Below, piece after piece: positions 19,228 through 27,206 of a stretch of DNA of 34,400 nt (the first letter of the stretch is position 1; the number at the start of each line of letters is the position of its first letter). The notes under the pieces were generated by a model that was given only the letters and a program-made list of their open reading frames with translations, was not told the DNA's origin and searched no databases. The stretch covers positions 1 through 34,400 of the IMG/VR virus record IMGVR_UViG_3300020044_001445; one strand, written 5' to 3'. The DNA is from a virus. Its lineage: Duplodnaviria > Caudoviricetes. The translations under genes were made by a program, and so were the position numbers.

Positions 19228-20465
19228 GACTAAGAGACTACCAAGAGGAAATAAGCGACAAGGCGGTCAAGCTATTGCAAACGTATAAGATTGCATATTT
19301 AGCTATGCAAGTAAGAACAGGCAAGACACTAACTGCCATTGCTACTGCCCATAAGTTTGGTGCAACAAAGATTCTGTTCATCACCAAGAAGAAAGCCATT
19401 AGCGACATTATCAACCAGAAGGATAAATATGCATCATCGTTGCAAATATATGTCACCAACTATGAGCAACTTGGCAAAATCGTTGATGACAATAGATTTG
19501 ACATTGTGATAATTGATGAGGCCCATTCTCTTGGTGCTTTCCCAGTAGCAAGTAAAAGAACAGTTGAAATGATGAAGATATGCGTTGGGAAGCCTATCAT
19601 TTATTTGAGTGGTACTCCAAACCCCGAATCGTATTCTCAACTCTATCATCAGTTCTGGGTCAGTTCTTACTCACCATTTGACCACCACAAGACTTTTTAC
19701 AAGTGGGCAAATGAGTTTGTGAGCATAAAAAAAATGATGATAAATGGTCAATCGTTTAATGACTACAAGAAAGCTGATGAGAAGATGGTGATGGAGTGTT
19801 GTAAGCATCTCTTCATAACTTACACCCAAGAGGAAGCAGGATTTGAGTCATTTGTACAAGAAACTGTACATCATGTGGAGATGCAAGAAAGCACTTATAA
19901 GTTTGCTGAAAGGCTTCGCATTGACAAGATAATGACCAATAAAGATGGTGAGGTAGTGCTTGCTGATACTGCGGTGAAGCTGATGCAGAAGCTACACCAA
20001 ATCTTTAGCGGATCAGTCATCGTGGATGAGCCGACCAGGATTGGTAAGGTATTTGACTACACCAAGGCAAAGTACATCAAGGAGAAGTTTGCGGGGCATA
20101 AGATAGCAATATACTATAAGTTTATAGCTGAAGAGATGGCGATTCGGTATGTTTTTGGCTCAGAAAACTTGACAACTGACCCGGTGGCATTTAATGAGTC
20201 AACCAATTTGATATTCATCTCTCAAATCCAATCCGGTCGGGAAGGGGTGAACATATCATCTGCTGATGCTTTAGTGTTCTATAACATTGACTTTTCCGCG
20301 GTTTCCTACTTCCAATCTCGTGCAAGAATCCAAACGAAAGATAGGGTAAAAGATGCCAATATTCATTGGATATTTAGTAAAGGAGGGATTGAGGACAAGA
20401 TATATAAGGATGTGATGGACAAGACTGACTATACCATTAACGTATTTAAAAAAGATTATATATGA
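19224..20465 (+). CDS. SF2 (SNF2-like) helicase (GTG start)
   Basis: LRDYQ, RTGKT, IIDEAH, LSGTP, GREGVN and QSRARI motifs. Confidence 0.9.
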   Translation: MRLRDYQEEISDKAVKLLQTYKIAYLAMQVRTGKTLTAIATAHKFGATKILFITKKKAISDIINQKDKYASSLQIYVTNYEQLGKIVDDNRFDIVIIDEAHSLGAFPVASKRTVEMMKICVGKPIIYLSGTPNPESYSQLYHQFWVSSYSPFDHHKTFYKWANEFVSIKKMMINGQSFNDYKKADEKMVMECCKHLFITYTQEEAGFESFVQETVHHVEMQESTYKFAERLRIDKIMTNKDGEVVLADTAVKLMQKLHQIFSGSVIVDEPTRIGKVFDYTKAKYIKEKFAGHKIAIYYKFIAEEMAIRYVFGSENLTTDPVAFNESTNLIFISQIQSGREGVNISSADALVFYNIDFSAVSYFQSRARIQTKDRVKDANIHWIFSKGGIEDKIYKDVMDKTDYTINVFKKDYI

Positions 20466-20599
20466 AGCTTTTTATATATATTTTAACAGTTTTATATTTC
20501 CTTATTGTATCAATTCCCGTTTTTATCATTATTTTTATCCTCACACATTTATTTTATACACTTAAAAAATTAACAAAATGGCACAACAAACAGCAGTAG
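20462..20599 (+). CDS. 45-aa membrane peptide (MKLFIYILTVLYFLIVSIPVFIIIFILTHLF...)
   Basis: ATGA overlap with the helicase stop; long hydrophobic stretch; not in the ORF track. Confidence 0.55.
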   Translation: MKLFIYILTVLYFLIVSIPVFIIIFILTHLFYTLKKLTKWHNKQQ

Positions 20600-20775
20600 A
20601 ATGGCTATTTAGAAAAATTTATTTTGAAGGATTAGATGATGAATTTGTAAAAGAAGCCAAAGCAATAGAGAAGCAGCAGATAATAGATGCTTTTTATGAT
20701 AGTGAGTTGCACAATACTGGTAACGAAAATGATGGAGAAATATATTACAACTATACTTATGAAAACAACAAATAG
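20578..20775 (+). CDS. Hypothetical phage protein (QTAVEWL..AKAIEKQQIIDA type)
   Basis: A-rich start context; motif recalled from small Bacteroidota phage proteins. Confidence 0.7.
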   Translation: MAQQTAVEWLFRKIYFEGLDDEFVKEAKAIEKQQIIDAFYDSELHNTGNENDGEIYYNYTYENNK

Positions 20776-20968
20776 CATAACCGAATACATTAAGGGCAAC
20801 CAATTGCGTAAAAATGCCAAGTGGAAAATTGCTGATGGTGAGTGGTTGTTTGAGATGCAGAACGGCATCTGGGGGTCGCAGAACCTATTTGATGAGTTCT
20901 ATCCCATATACGAATACAAAAAGTTTAATGATAAGGGAGTTAATCCGGATAAAACTAAGATAAGATGA
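20759..20968 (+). CDS. Hypothetical protein
   Basis: Likely start MKTTNSITEY; ATGA overlap with the methylase start. Confidence 0.6.
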   Translation: MKTTNSITEYIKGNQLRKNAKWKIADGEWLFEMQNGIWGSQNLFDEFYPIYEYKKFNDKGVNPDKTKIR

Positions 20969-22077
20969 CTCATGGATCACTATTTTCAGGCATTGGTGGA
21001 TTTGATTTAGCAGCAGAATGGATGGGATGGGAGAATAAATTTCATTGTGAATGGAATGAATTTGGTCAAAAAGTCCTACACCACTACTGGCCTGATGCTG
21101 AACAATTTACTGACATTAAAAAATCTAACTTTACCAAATATGCAAACAGAATTGATATTCTCACAGGAGGATTCCCTTGTCAACCATACTCATCAGCAGG
21201 AAAGCGACTTGGAAAGGAAGATGACCGCCACCTCTGGCCGGAAATGCTTAGAGCAATTCGAGAAATTCAACCGCGTTGGGTTGTGGGCGAAAACGTTCGC
21301 GGACTTACTAATTGGAATGGAGGGGTGGTATTCGATGAAGTGCAAGCTGACCTGGAAGATGAAGGCTACGAAATTACACCGTTTCTACTTCCAGCTTGTG
21401 CCGTCAACGCCCCACACCGTAGGGACAGAATCTGGTTTGTTGCCCACTCCACTCGCTTCAGCAATGGAACAAACCAACTTCGAGGTTTACGATGCGAGAA
21501 TGGAGAGATTGAAGGAGAAAGGTCACAAACCATTTACGATGCCACTCGACCAAATGGCATTGAGGGGGTTACTACCAACACCAACACCAACAGCAATGGA
21601 CTCCACAAATGCAACAGCAACAATGAAGTCAACTCAAGTGAAGGAGGGGTCAATGCACTCAGTAACATTAACGAGAGCAATGGCAATGGGGATGTTGCCG
21701 ACACCGATAGCAGGGGATTGGAAGGGTCAAAGGAGGTCAGACGGGACAGCATCAATGCTGAGTGGCAAAGCAAGTTTGGGCATGCTACCAACACCAAGGA
21801 CATCAGACGAGAGGATGCATTGGAAAACGGAGAATTGGAAAGGAGACGATTTGGGCAGTCATATCAACGAAATGCTTGGGACTCGTTCCCATCTGTCTCC
21901 CCAATTTGTAATGGAGATGATGGGATTCCCGACCGATTGGACTCTATTACCTTTTCTAAATGGAGAAACGAGTCAATCAAAGCAGGAGGAAATGCAATAG
22001 TTCCGCAAGTAGTTCTACAAATTTTTAAAGCAATAGAACAATATGAAAGAATCTCAGCTTCAGACAAAAGTAGTTAA
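20965..22077 (+). CDS. C5 cytosine DNA methyltransferase, alpha polypeptide (motifs I-VIII and X)
   Basis: SLFSGIGG, GGFPCQ, ENV, HRRDRIW and GNAIVPQV motifs; no motif IX; low-complexity middle region. Confidence 0.92.
   Translation: MTHGSLFSGIGGFDLAAEWMGWENKFHCEWNEFGQKVLHHYWPDAEQFTDIKKSNFTKYANRIDILTGGFPCQPYSSAGKRLGKEDDRHLWPEMLRAIREIQPRWVVGENVRGLTNWNGGVVFDEVQADLEDEGYEITPFLLPACAVNAPHRRDRIWFVAHSTRFSNGTNQLRGLRCENGEIEGERSQTIYDATRPNGIEGVTTNTNTNSNGLHKCNSNNEVNSSEGGVNALSNINESNGNGDVADTDSRGLEGSKEVRRDSINAEWQSKFGHATNTKDIRREDALENGELERRRFGQSYQRNAWDSFPSVSPICNGDDGIPDRLDSITFSKWRNESIKAGGNAIVPQVVLQIFKAIEQYERISASDKSS
21140..22000 (+). CDS. C5 methyltransferase beta polypeptide, nested in the +1 frame (TRD-like repeats plus motif IX)
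   Basis: Frame is open 21047-22000; four (L/M)LPTP units; LSPQFVMEMMGFPTDWT is motif IX-like; ATG 21140 has an A-rich leader. Confidence 0.8.
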   Translation: MQTELIFSQEDSLVNHTHQQESDLERKMTATSGRKCLEQFEKFNRVGLWAKTFADLLIGMEGWYSMKCKLTWKMKATKLHRFYFQLVPSTPHTVGTESGLLPTPLASAMEQTNFEVYDARMERLKEKGHKPFTMPLDQMALRGLLPTPTPTAMDSTNATATMKSTQVKEGSMHSVTLTRAMAMGMLPTPIAGDWKGQRRSDGTASMLSGKASLGMLPTPRTSDERMHWKTENWKGDDLGSHINEMLGTRSHLSPQFVMEMMGFPTDWTLLPFLNGETSQSKQEEMQ

Positions 22078-22315
22078 GAAACTTAAAGAGCATGGGTGGT
22101 TTGTAACAAAGCTTATATCCACCTCAACACCTGGCATCTGCGACCTTATGGCGATTAGAAAAGGAGTGGTCATCATGTTGGAGATTAAGACTGACAAAGG
22201 GGTGGTGTCGGAGTTGCAGAAGTACATGATTGAGAAGCTGAACAAGATGGGGGTATTTGCGAGGGTGGTTAACTGCATTGAAGATATTGACATACATTGT
22301 TATAAAGAATACTAA
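22043..22315 (+). CDS. VRR-NUC domain nuclease
   Basis: ESQLQ..GICDL..LEIKT..SELQK motif. Confidence 0.88.
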   Translation: MKESQLQTKVVKKLKEHGWFVTKLISTSTPGICDLMAIRKGVVIMLEIKTDKGVVSELQKYMIEKLNKMGVFARVVNCIEDIDIHCYKEY

Positions 22316-22326
22316 AATCAAACACT

Positions 22327-22641
22327 ATGTACACTTTTAAAGGAAAAATCAACAGAGTACTTAACAACGGCATCATCAACATTACTTTTGACCTTGGGTT
22401 TGGTATGACCCATACAAGCAATTGCTTGTTGCACAATGTTGCCATTTTGGGTGATCACGAAGAGAAGGCTGGTAGGATGCTTAGAGAGTTGATGCCAATC
22501 AACAGTCTTGTTTATGTTAACTCAGTGAAACTTGACCAACATGGTAGACCAATTGTCAAGATATTTACGTTTTTTGATGATGGGAATTTGGACAAGATCA
22601 GCGTGAATGATTACTTAATTATGGAAAATTTATCTTGGTGA
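22327..22641 (+). CDS. Thermonuclease (SNase)-like protein, probably degenerate
   Basis: Y...INRV....I.I.FDLGF and DQHGR layout, but the DGDT and GIDTPE motifs are missing. Confidence 0.5.
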   Translation: MYTFKGKINRVLNNGIINITFDLGFGMTHTSNCLLHNVAILGDHEEKAGRMLRELMPINSLVYVNSVKLDQHGRPIVKIFTFFDDGNLDKISVNDYLIMENLSW

Positions 22642-25139
22642 TGAACTACTTACAACTCGGCATCAATACTATTGCTGTAAACGAAAATAAGCAGGCTATT
22701 TTCCCTTGGAAGGTCTACCAAGAGCAAATGGTTACGGAAGAGGAATTAAGCCGTCAAATGGCAGATAATAGGGCAAAAGGAGTGGCTATCATTTGTGGGT
22801 CAGTTAGTGGAAACCTTGAGGTGATTGACATTGATACGAAGTATGAGACCTATGACCTATGGATGGCTATCAAAGAGGCTATTCCTTCTGAACTTTACTC
22901 AAAGTTACACATTGTAAAAACCCGTTCAAATGGCAAACACCTCATCTATAAATGCGAGGCGATTGAAGGCAATCAAAAGCTTGCACAGCGACTACCGACA
23001 TTGGAAGAGGCAAAGGCTAACCCTTCCATCAAATCTTATTGCATTATTGAGACAAGGGGAGAAGGTGGATATGTTGTTGCACCGCCTACATCGGGCTACA
23101 CAATTGAACAAGAAGGTATTCATGTCATCACGCATGATGAACGCGAGGCTCTGTTTGAAATCATGCGTTCTTTCAATGAAATATTTGAAGAGCAAGTAAT
23201 TGAAGCACACCAAAGGCCATCAACCAAAGATTATGGGGTTAGTCCATTTGATGATTATAATCGTAGAGGGGATATTGTTGACCTGATGGAGAGGAATGGG
23301 TGGAAGGTTGTGAAAAGCAACTCGGAAAGGATTTATTTTTTAAGGCCAGGGTCGGGGGCAGAACATAGTGGATCATGGAACATTGCAATGGGACTTTTTA
23401 GCGTTTTTTCGGTGAATACCCCATTTTTAGTTCAGAAAGGCTACAAGCTTAGTGCTGTTTTCTCAATAATGGAGTGTGGTGGTGATTTTAAGCTTGCTGC
23501 AAGAAAGTTGCTTGAAATGGGGTTTGGAGAAAAAAAAACATCCTTCGGTAATGAAATAGAGAGGCAGATATTCAAGAAGCGGAATGATGGGGCATCAAAG
23601 GATGACCTGGTTACGATACTCGTAAAAAAGCACAACAAGTCGCTTGATGAAGCCAAGGCAATGATTGATGAACTGGATGCAAGGTGGGGAGAAGAGATTT
23701 GCACGTTTTGGGATGTTGATGATAAAGGGGTAGCATCAATAAATAGGTATAAGCTACAAGTGTTCCTGACCACAAGTGGGGGTTTTCGCTTGTATTTTTA
23801 TGATGCAGGGTCAACCATTTATAGGTTGGTTAGGGTTAGAGATGGGTTTGTGGAGGAGGCGAGTACTGAGCAAATAAAAAGGTTCATAAAGGACTACATT
23901 GATAAGCTACCTGACTCGTTTGATGGAGGGGTGACACCGCAGGATTTGCTTGAGTTGGTTTACAAAGGTGCAACTGTGCTGTTTAGTGATGCGTACTTTG
24001 AGTTTTTTGATAGGGCAAACTTGGAATTTTTGAAGGATACCAAAGATGAAGCTTACTTTCCTTTTAAGAATGGCGTGGTAACTGTTTCCAAAAAGGAAAT
24101 AGTTCTAAGGTCTTATGGCGAACTGGGGAAAGTTGTTTGGAAAACGCAAGTTATTGACCATTTTATCATCATTGAGGATGATATTGAACTTGAGAAAATA
24201 GAATATTTCAGGTTTATTGAGAGGATTAGTGACAATGATCAAGAGAGGTACATCTATGCTCTGGGGTTGATTGGATACCTTCTTCACAATTATAAAGACC
24301 CATCTCGCCCATTTTCGGTGATTCTTGCCGAGGAAACTGATAATGAAGCGAAGGGTGGTGGAACTGGTAAAGGGATATTTGTGAAGGCTCTTGGGTATTT
24401 ACTCAACATAGTTCGGGTGGATGGTAAGAACTTCAAATTTGATAAGTCTTTTGCCTTTCAAAGGGTTGACCTGGATACAAGGATACTGGCAATTGAGGAT
24501 ACTCGTAGGAACGTGGATTTTGAGGGGTTTTATAGTATAATAACTGAGGGCATCACCGTAGAGAAGAAGAACAAAGATGAACTTTTTATACCTTATAAGG
24601 ATTCACCAAAGGTTATGTTTACCACCAATTACACCATACCTAACTCGGGGAACCATGCGAAAAGGAGGCAAAAGGTGTTGGAATTTAGCGGATATTTTGG
24701 GCCGACCAGGACACCAGAGGATGAATTTGGACATAAATTGTTTGATGATTGGGACAAGGATGAGTGGAATCGGTTCTTTAATTTGATGTTTGAAGCGGTG
24801 CAGGGTTACCTTGGTTTTGGAGTTTTGGAAGTGGCAAGCTCGGAAAAGATAAAAAGAAAGCAGATAAAAGTGCAGTTTGGAGAAGAGTTTTTGGACTTCT
24901 TTTTGGGGATTTTGGAGGAGCAACCAGGGTGGATAAAGTTAGAACAATTATATAACGATTTTATGTCAATGTCGGGGTTTGATAAGAAGGATTATTCGGT
25001 TAAAAGGTTCACCAAAGGAATTGAAGAATCGTGTTCCATTTTGAATATCATGTTAAAAAATAAGCGTGATAAAGGGTCGGGAGGGAAAAAGCTATATAAC
25101 TTTAATGAAGAAAAAAATACACATGATGAATTTTTTTAA
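22641..25139 (+). CDS. Bifunctional primase-polymerase/helicase
   Basis: N-terminal prim-pol (VIDID, TRSNGKH, ETRGEGGYVVAPP); C-terminal P-loop GGTGKG, IED and TTNY. Confidence 0.9.
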   Translation: MNYLQLGINTIAVNENKQAIFPWKVYQEQMVTEEELSRQMADNRAKGVAIICGSVSGNLEVIDIDTKYETYDLWMAIKEAIPSELYSKLHIVKTRSNGKHLIYKCEAIEGNQKLAQRLPTLEEAKANPSIKSYCIIETRGEGGYVVAPPTSGYTIEQEGIHVITHDEREALFEIMRSFNEIFEEQVIEAHQRPSTKDYGVSPFDDYNRRGDIVDLMERNGWKVVKSNSERIYFLRPGSGAEHSGSWNIAMGLFSVFSVNTPFLVQKGYKLSAVFSIMECGGDFKLAARKLLEMGFGEKKTSFGNEIERQIFKKRNDGASKDDLVTILVKKHNKSLDEAKAMIDELDARWGEEICTFWDVDDKGVASINRYKLQVFLTTSGGFRLYFYDAGSTIYRLVRVRDGFVEEASTEQIKRFIKDYIDKLPDSFDGGVTPQDLLELVYKGATVLFSDAYFEFFDRANLEFLKDTKDEAYFPFKNGVVTVSKKEIVLRSYGELGKVVWKTQVIDHFIIIEDDIELEKIEYFRFIERISDNDQERYIYALGLIGYLLHNYKDPSRPFSVILAEETDNEAKGGGTGKGIFVKALGYLLNIVRVDGKNFKFDKSFAFQRVDLDTRILAIEDTRRNVDFEGFYSIITEGITVEKKNKDELFIPYKDSPKVMFTTNYTIPNSGNHAKRRQKVLEFSGYFGPTRTPEDEFGHKLFDDWDKDEWNRFFNLMFEAVQGYLGFGVLEVASSEKIKRKQIKVQFGEEFLDFFLGILEEQPGWIKLEQLYNDFMSMSGFDKKDYSVKRFTKGIEESCSILNIMLKNKRDKGSGGKKLYNFNEEKNTHDEFF

Positions 25140-25155
25140 TGTGTTGGGTTTTTGG

Positions 25156-25351
25156 TAACGTCATTTTGGTCATTTTAACATCATCTTAACACGATTTTAA
25201 CATCATTTTGGAGGTCTAACTAATTGATTATCAATTCGGATACGCGATTAACATCATTTTTCTCTGTTTTTGAGGGGTATGTCTGATTTTTTTGCAAAAT
25301 AAATATAGGGAGAGAAAATAGAAAAATGGAAAATATCGTGTTATCGTGTTA
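25156..25351. repeat. Iteron-like repeats (TAACATCAT/TAACACGAT), putative replication origin
   Basis: Direct copies at 25156, 25176, 25187, 25198 and 25249; inverted ATCGTGTTA at 25335 and 25343; palindrome at 25222-25236. Confidence 0.6.
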
Positions 25352-25552
25352 CCTACTAATTTTTAAGCTTATGTTTTGGTCTACCAAATTGGTGCGAAAT
25401 GATATAAAGATTGGTGGTGGTTTGATATACCTTTTAGGTAACTTGATAACATGATAAAATACTATACATTTAAAGAATTTCAATCAAAAGGTAGATATAA
25501 AGAGAAGTGTGCAATACAAGGTACTATGCTTAAACAATTAAACTAAAACAAT

Positions 25553-25972
25553 ATGTTAACTTGTCAAAATTTACTATCAGTCATTTCATTTGTTAGTGGT
25601 CAACCAGAGGAAGAGATACTTGGGTCATCAAGGTCAAGAAGCCTTGTGCTTTGCCGTCATGTTTATTATCACATTGCAAGAGAAAAAATGGGCCTTAAAC
25701 TTTGCCAAATAGGGAAGTATTTTGATAGGGATCACACAACCATCATTCATGGGTTGAGAAAGATAAAAGATATGGTGAGCATTGAAGATGAAATAACTTG
25801 TCAGTTCATTGAACAGGTTAACCATCTAATAAGGGAGAAGTATCTTATACCTACAAGGATAATGGTTACCATACCACATGATGCAGACATTGAAAAGGTG
25901 TTAAGCTATCTTGAAGATAAAGGTTGTGAGATGGATAGAATAAGCTTTAATTTTGACCAATCACATACTTAA
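25553..25972 (+). CDS. DnaA C-terminal (domain IV)-like HTH protein
   Basis: R.R.LV..RH..Y..ARE...L.QIG..F.RDHTTIIHG motif. Confidence 0.85.
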   Translation: MLTCQNLLSVISFVSGQPEEEILGSSRSRSLVLCRHVYYHIAREKMGLKLCQIGKYFDRDHTTIIHGLRKIKDMVSIEDEITCQFIEQVNHLIREKYLIPTRIMVTIPHDADIEKVLSYLEDKGCEMDRISFNFDQSHT

Positions 25973-25994
25973 TGATGCTTTGTATGGTAGCAAT

Positions 25995-26018
25995 AAAAAA
26001 GGCCCTTAATGGGCCTTT
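25995..26018 (-). terminator. Intrinsic terminator (stronger on the minus strand, possibly bidirectional)
   Basis: A6-GGCCC-TTAAT-GGGCC-TTT between convergent genes. Confidence 0.7.
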
Positions 26019-26043
26019 AATCGTTTAATGAGGTTAATTGTTG

Positions 26044-26121
26044 TTAGAACCAGTTATCTGCTGTGCAGAGTATTAAAGCGAGAATGATGATTGCGATAAT
26101 TTGAAGTGTTGACTTTTTCAT
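26044..26121 (-). CDS. 25-aa hydrophobic peptide MKKSTLQIIAIIILALILCTADNWF
   Basis: A-rich leader, signal-peptide-like sequence, flanked by a promoter box and a terminator. Confidence 0.6.
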   Translation of the reverse strand: MKKSTLQIIAIIILALILCTADNWF

Positions 26122-26191
26122 TTTTTTTGTTTAGATGTTAAAGATATATAAAGTATATCAATAATACATCATTATATATAAATATTTATTA

Positions 26192-26199
26192 CAAAGATA
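26192..26199 (-). promoter_or_regulatory. Minus-strand TATCTTTG promoter box
   Basis: CAAAGATA on the + strand; a near copy (TATCTTTA) lies at 26139-26146. Confidence 0.5.
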
Positions 26200-26246
26200 T
26201 ATAAACAAATAAATATCAATGATTTATCAAAAATGTATTTAATTTT

Positions 26247-26456
26247 ATGTACATGAAACGCAAAGGATTCTACATAAAGAAGGCTGAGAATGGCCTGTAC
26301 TTGAACATCTTCAAGGCTGACTTTATTGAGTACATTAATGATCAACCAGGTGAGTGGGTGAAGTTCAAGATATACGAGAAGAAGGATGACCCTAAGGGGT
26401 TTACGCATAATATGGAGATTATTGAGCAAAGGTTAAAGGAGGATAAGGTAGATTAA
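26247..26456 (+). CDS. Hypothetical protein
   Basis: Coding-like composition between AT-rich gaps. Confidence 0.7.
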   Translation: MYMKRKGFYIKKAENGLYLNIFKADFIEYINDQPGEWVKFKIYEKKDDPKGFTHNMEIIEQRLKEDKVD

Positions 26457-26548
26457 TGTTGCAACATTGATTGTTAATGTTTAAACATTGAATTTATTGA
26501 TTTTCAATATGCGACCATCTGCGAGCAATCAAACTATAAATCAAAACT

Positions 26549-26893
26549 ATGTTAGCTGATAAGACATTGGATAAGTTAATAGAGAAGCGTAAAGAGAACA
26601 GAGGAGGCAAGCGACCTGGTGCTGGCAGAAAGACTAAGGCAAGTGAAGAGGAGGTGATGGAGAAGCTACACCCAATGGCTAAAGACTTCTATGTGAAGAT
26701 GCATGAGAAGATAATTGAGGGTGATATGAAGGCGTTGCAACTCTTTGCAGCCTACTACATTGGTCTACCTACTCAGAAGATAGAATCCAAGATAGAAGGT
26801 AACCTAAACCAGATAGCCATTGAGATCATCAAGCCGAACATCCTGCTTCAGGACAATAGAACAGTACAGATAGAAGATAAAGATAATATATAA
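26549..26893 (+). CDS. terS: Terminase small subunit
   Basis: RGGKRPGAGRK motif and position upstream of TerL. Confidence 0.7.
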   Translation: MLADKTLDKLIEKRKENRGGKRPGAGRKTKASEEEVMEKLHPMAKDFYVKMHEKIIEGDMKALQLFAAYYIGLPTQKIESKIEGNLNQIAIEIIKPNILLQDNRTVQIEDKDNI

Positions 26894-27172
26894 GTCATTG
26901 ATATATAACTATCTGCAAGTCTACTTAACATAACATTAGTTATAGGGGTTACTAATATCGTTAGTAATGAGGCTGATTTGTGGCTGAATGACTCTATACG
27001 ATGGGGGGGACTTAAAGAAATTACTTTTGGGGCAGGGCTTGTATAACACCCACAAATAATTTTCACCCCACCAACCTTCATAAAATTGCTATATACGATG
27101 ACCCCCATTTTATACTAAACTTTTCAAATGGTAAACACATTCTCAAATTTTTTTTTTCGCTTCAAACTCAAC

Positions 27173-27180
27173 TACCTTTG
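27173..27180 (+). promoter_or_regulatory. TACCTTTG promoter box upstream of terL
   Basis: Matches TAnnTTTG, 26 nt before ATG 27207. Confidence 0.6.
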
Positions 27181-27206
27181 GTTGACCAAACAATAACTAA
27201 GATAAA

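Noticed and set aside
22930-24786. Short alternative-frame + strand ORFs inside the primase (22930-23199, 24577-24786)
   Set aside because: Short and motif-free, unlike the two supported nested genes.
25156-25260. Short repeats as a CRISPR array
   Set aside because: Units are only 9-11 bp with no spacers, and there are no cas genes.
25371-25546. Two coupled micro-ORFs (25371-25454, 27 aa; 25451-25546, 31 aa)
   Set aside because: The ATGA coupling is suggestive, but they are too short and featureless to support a call.
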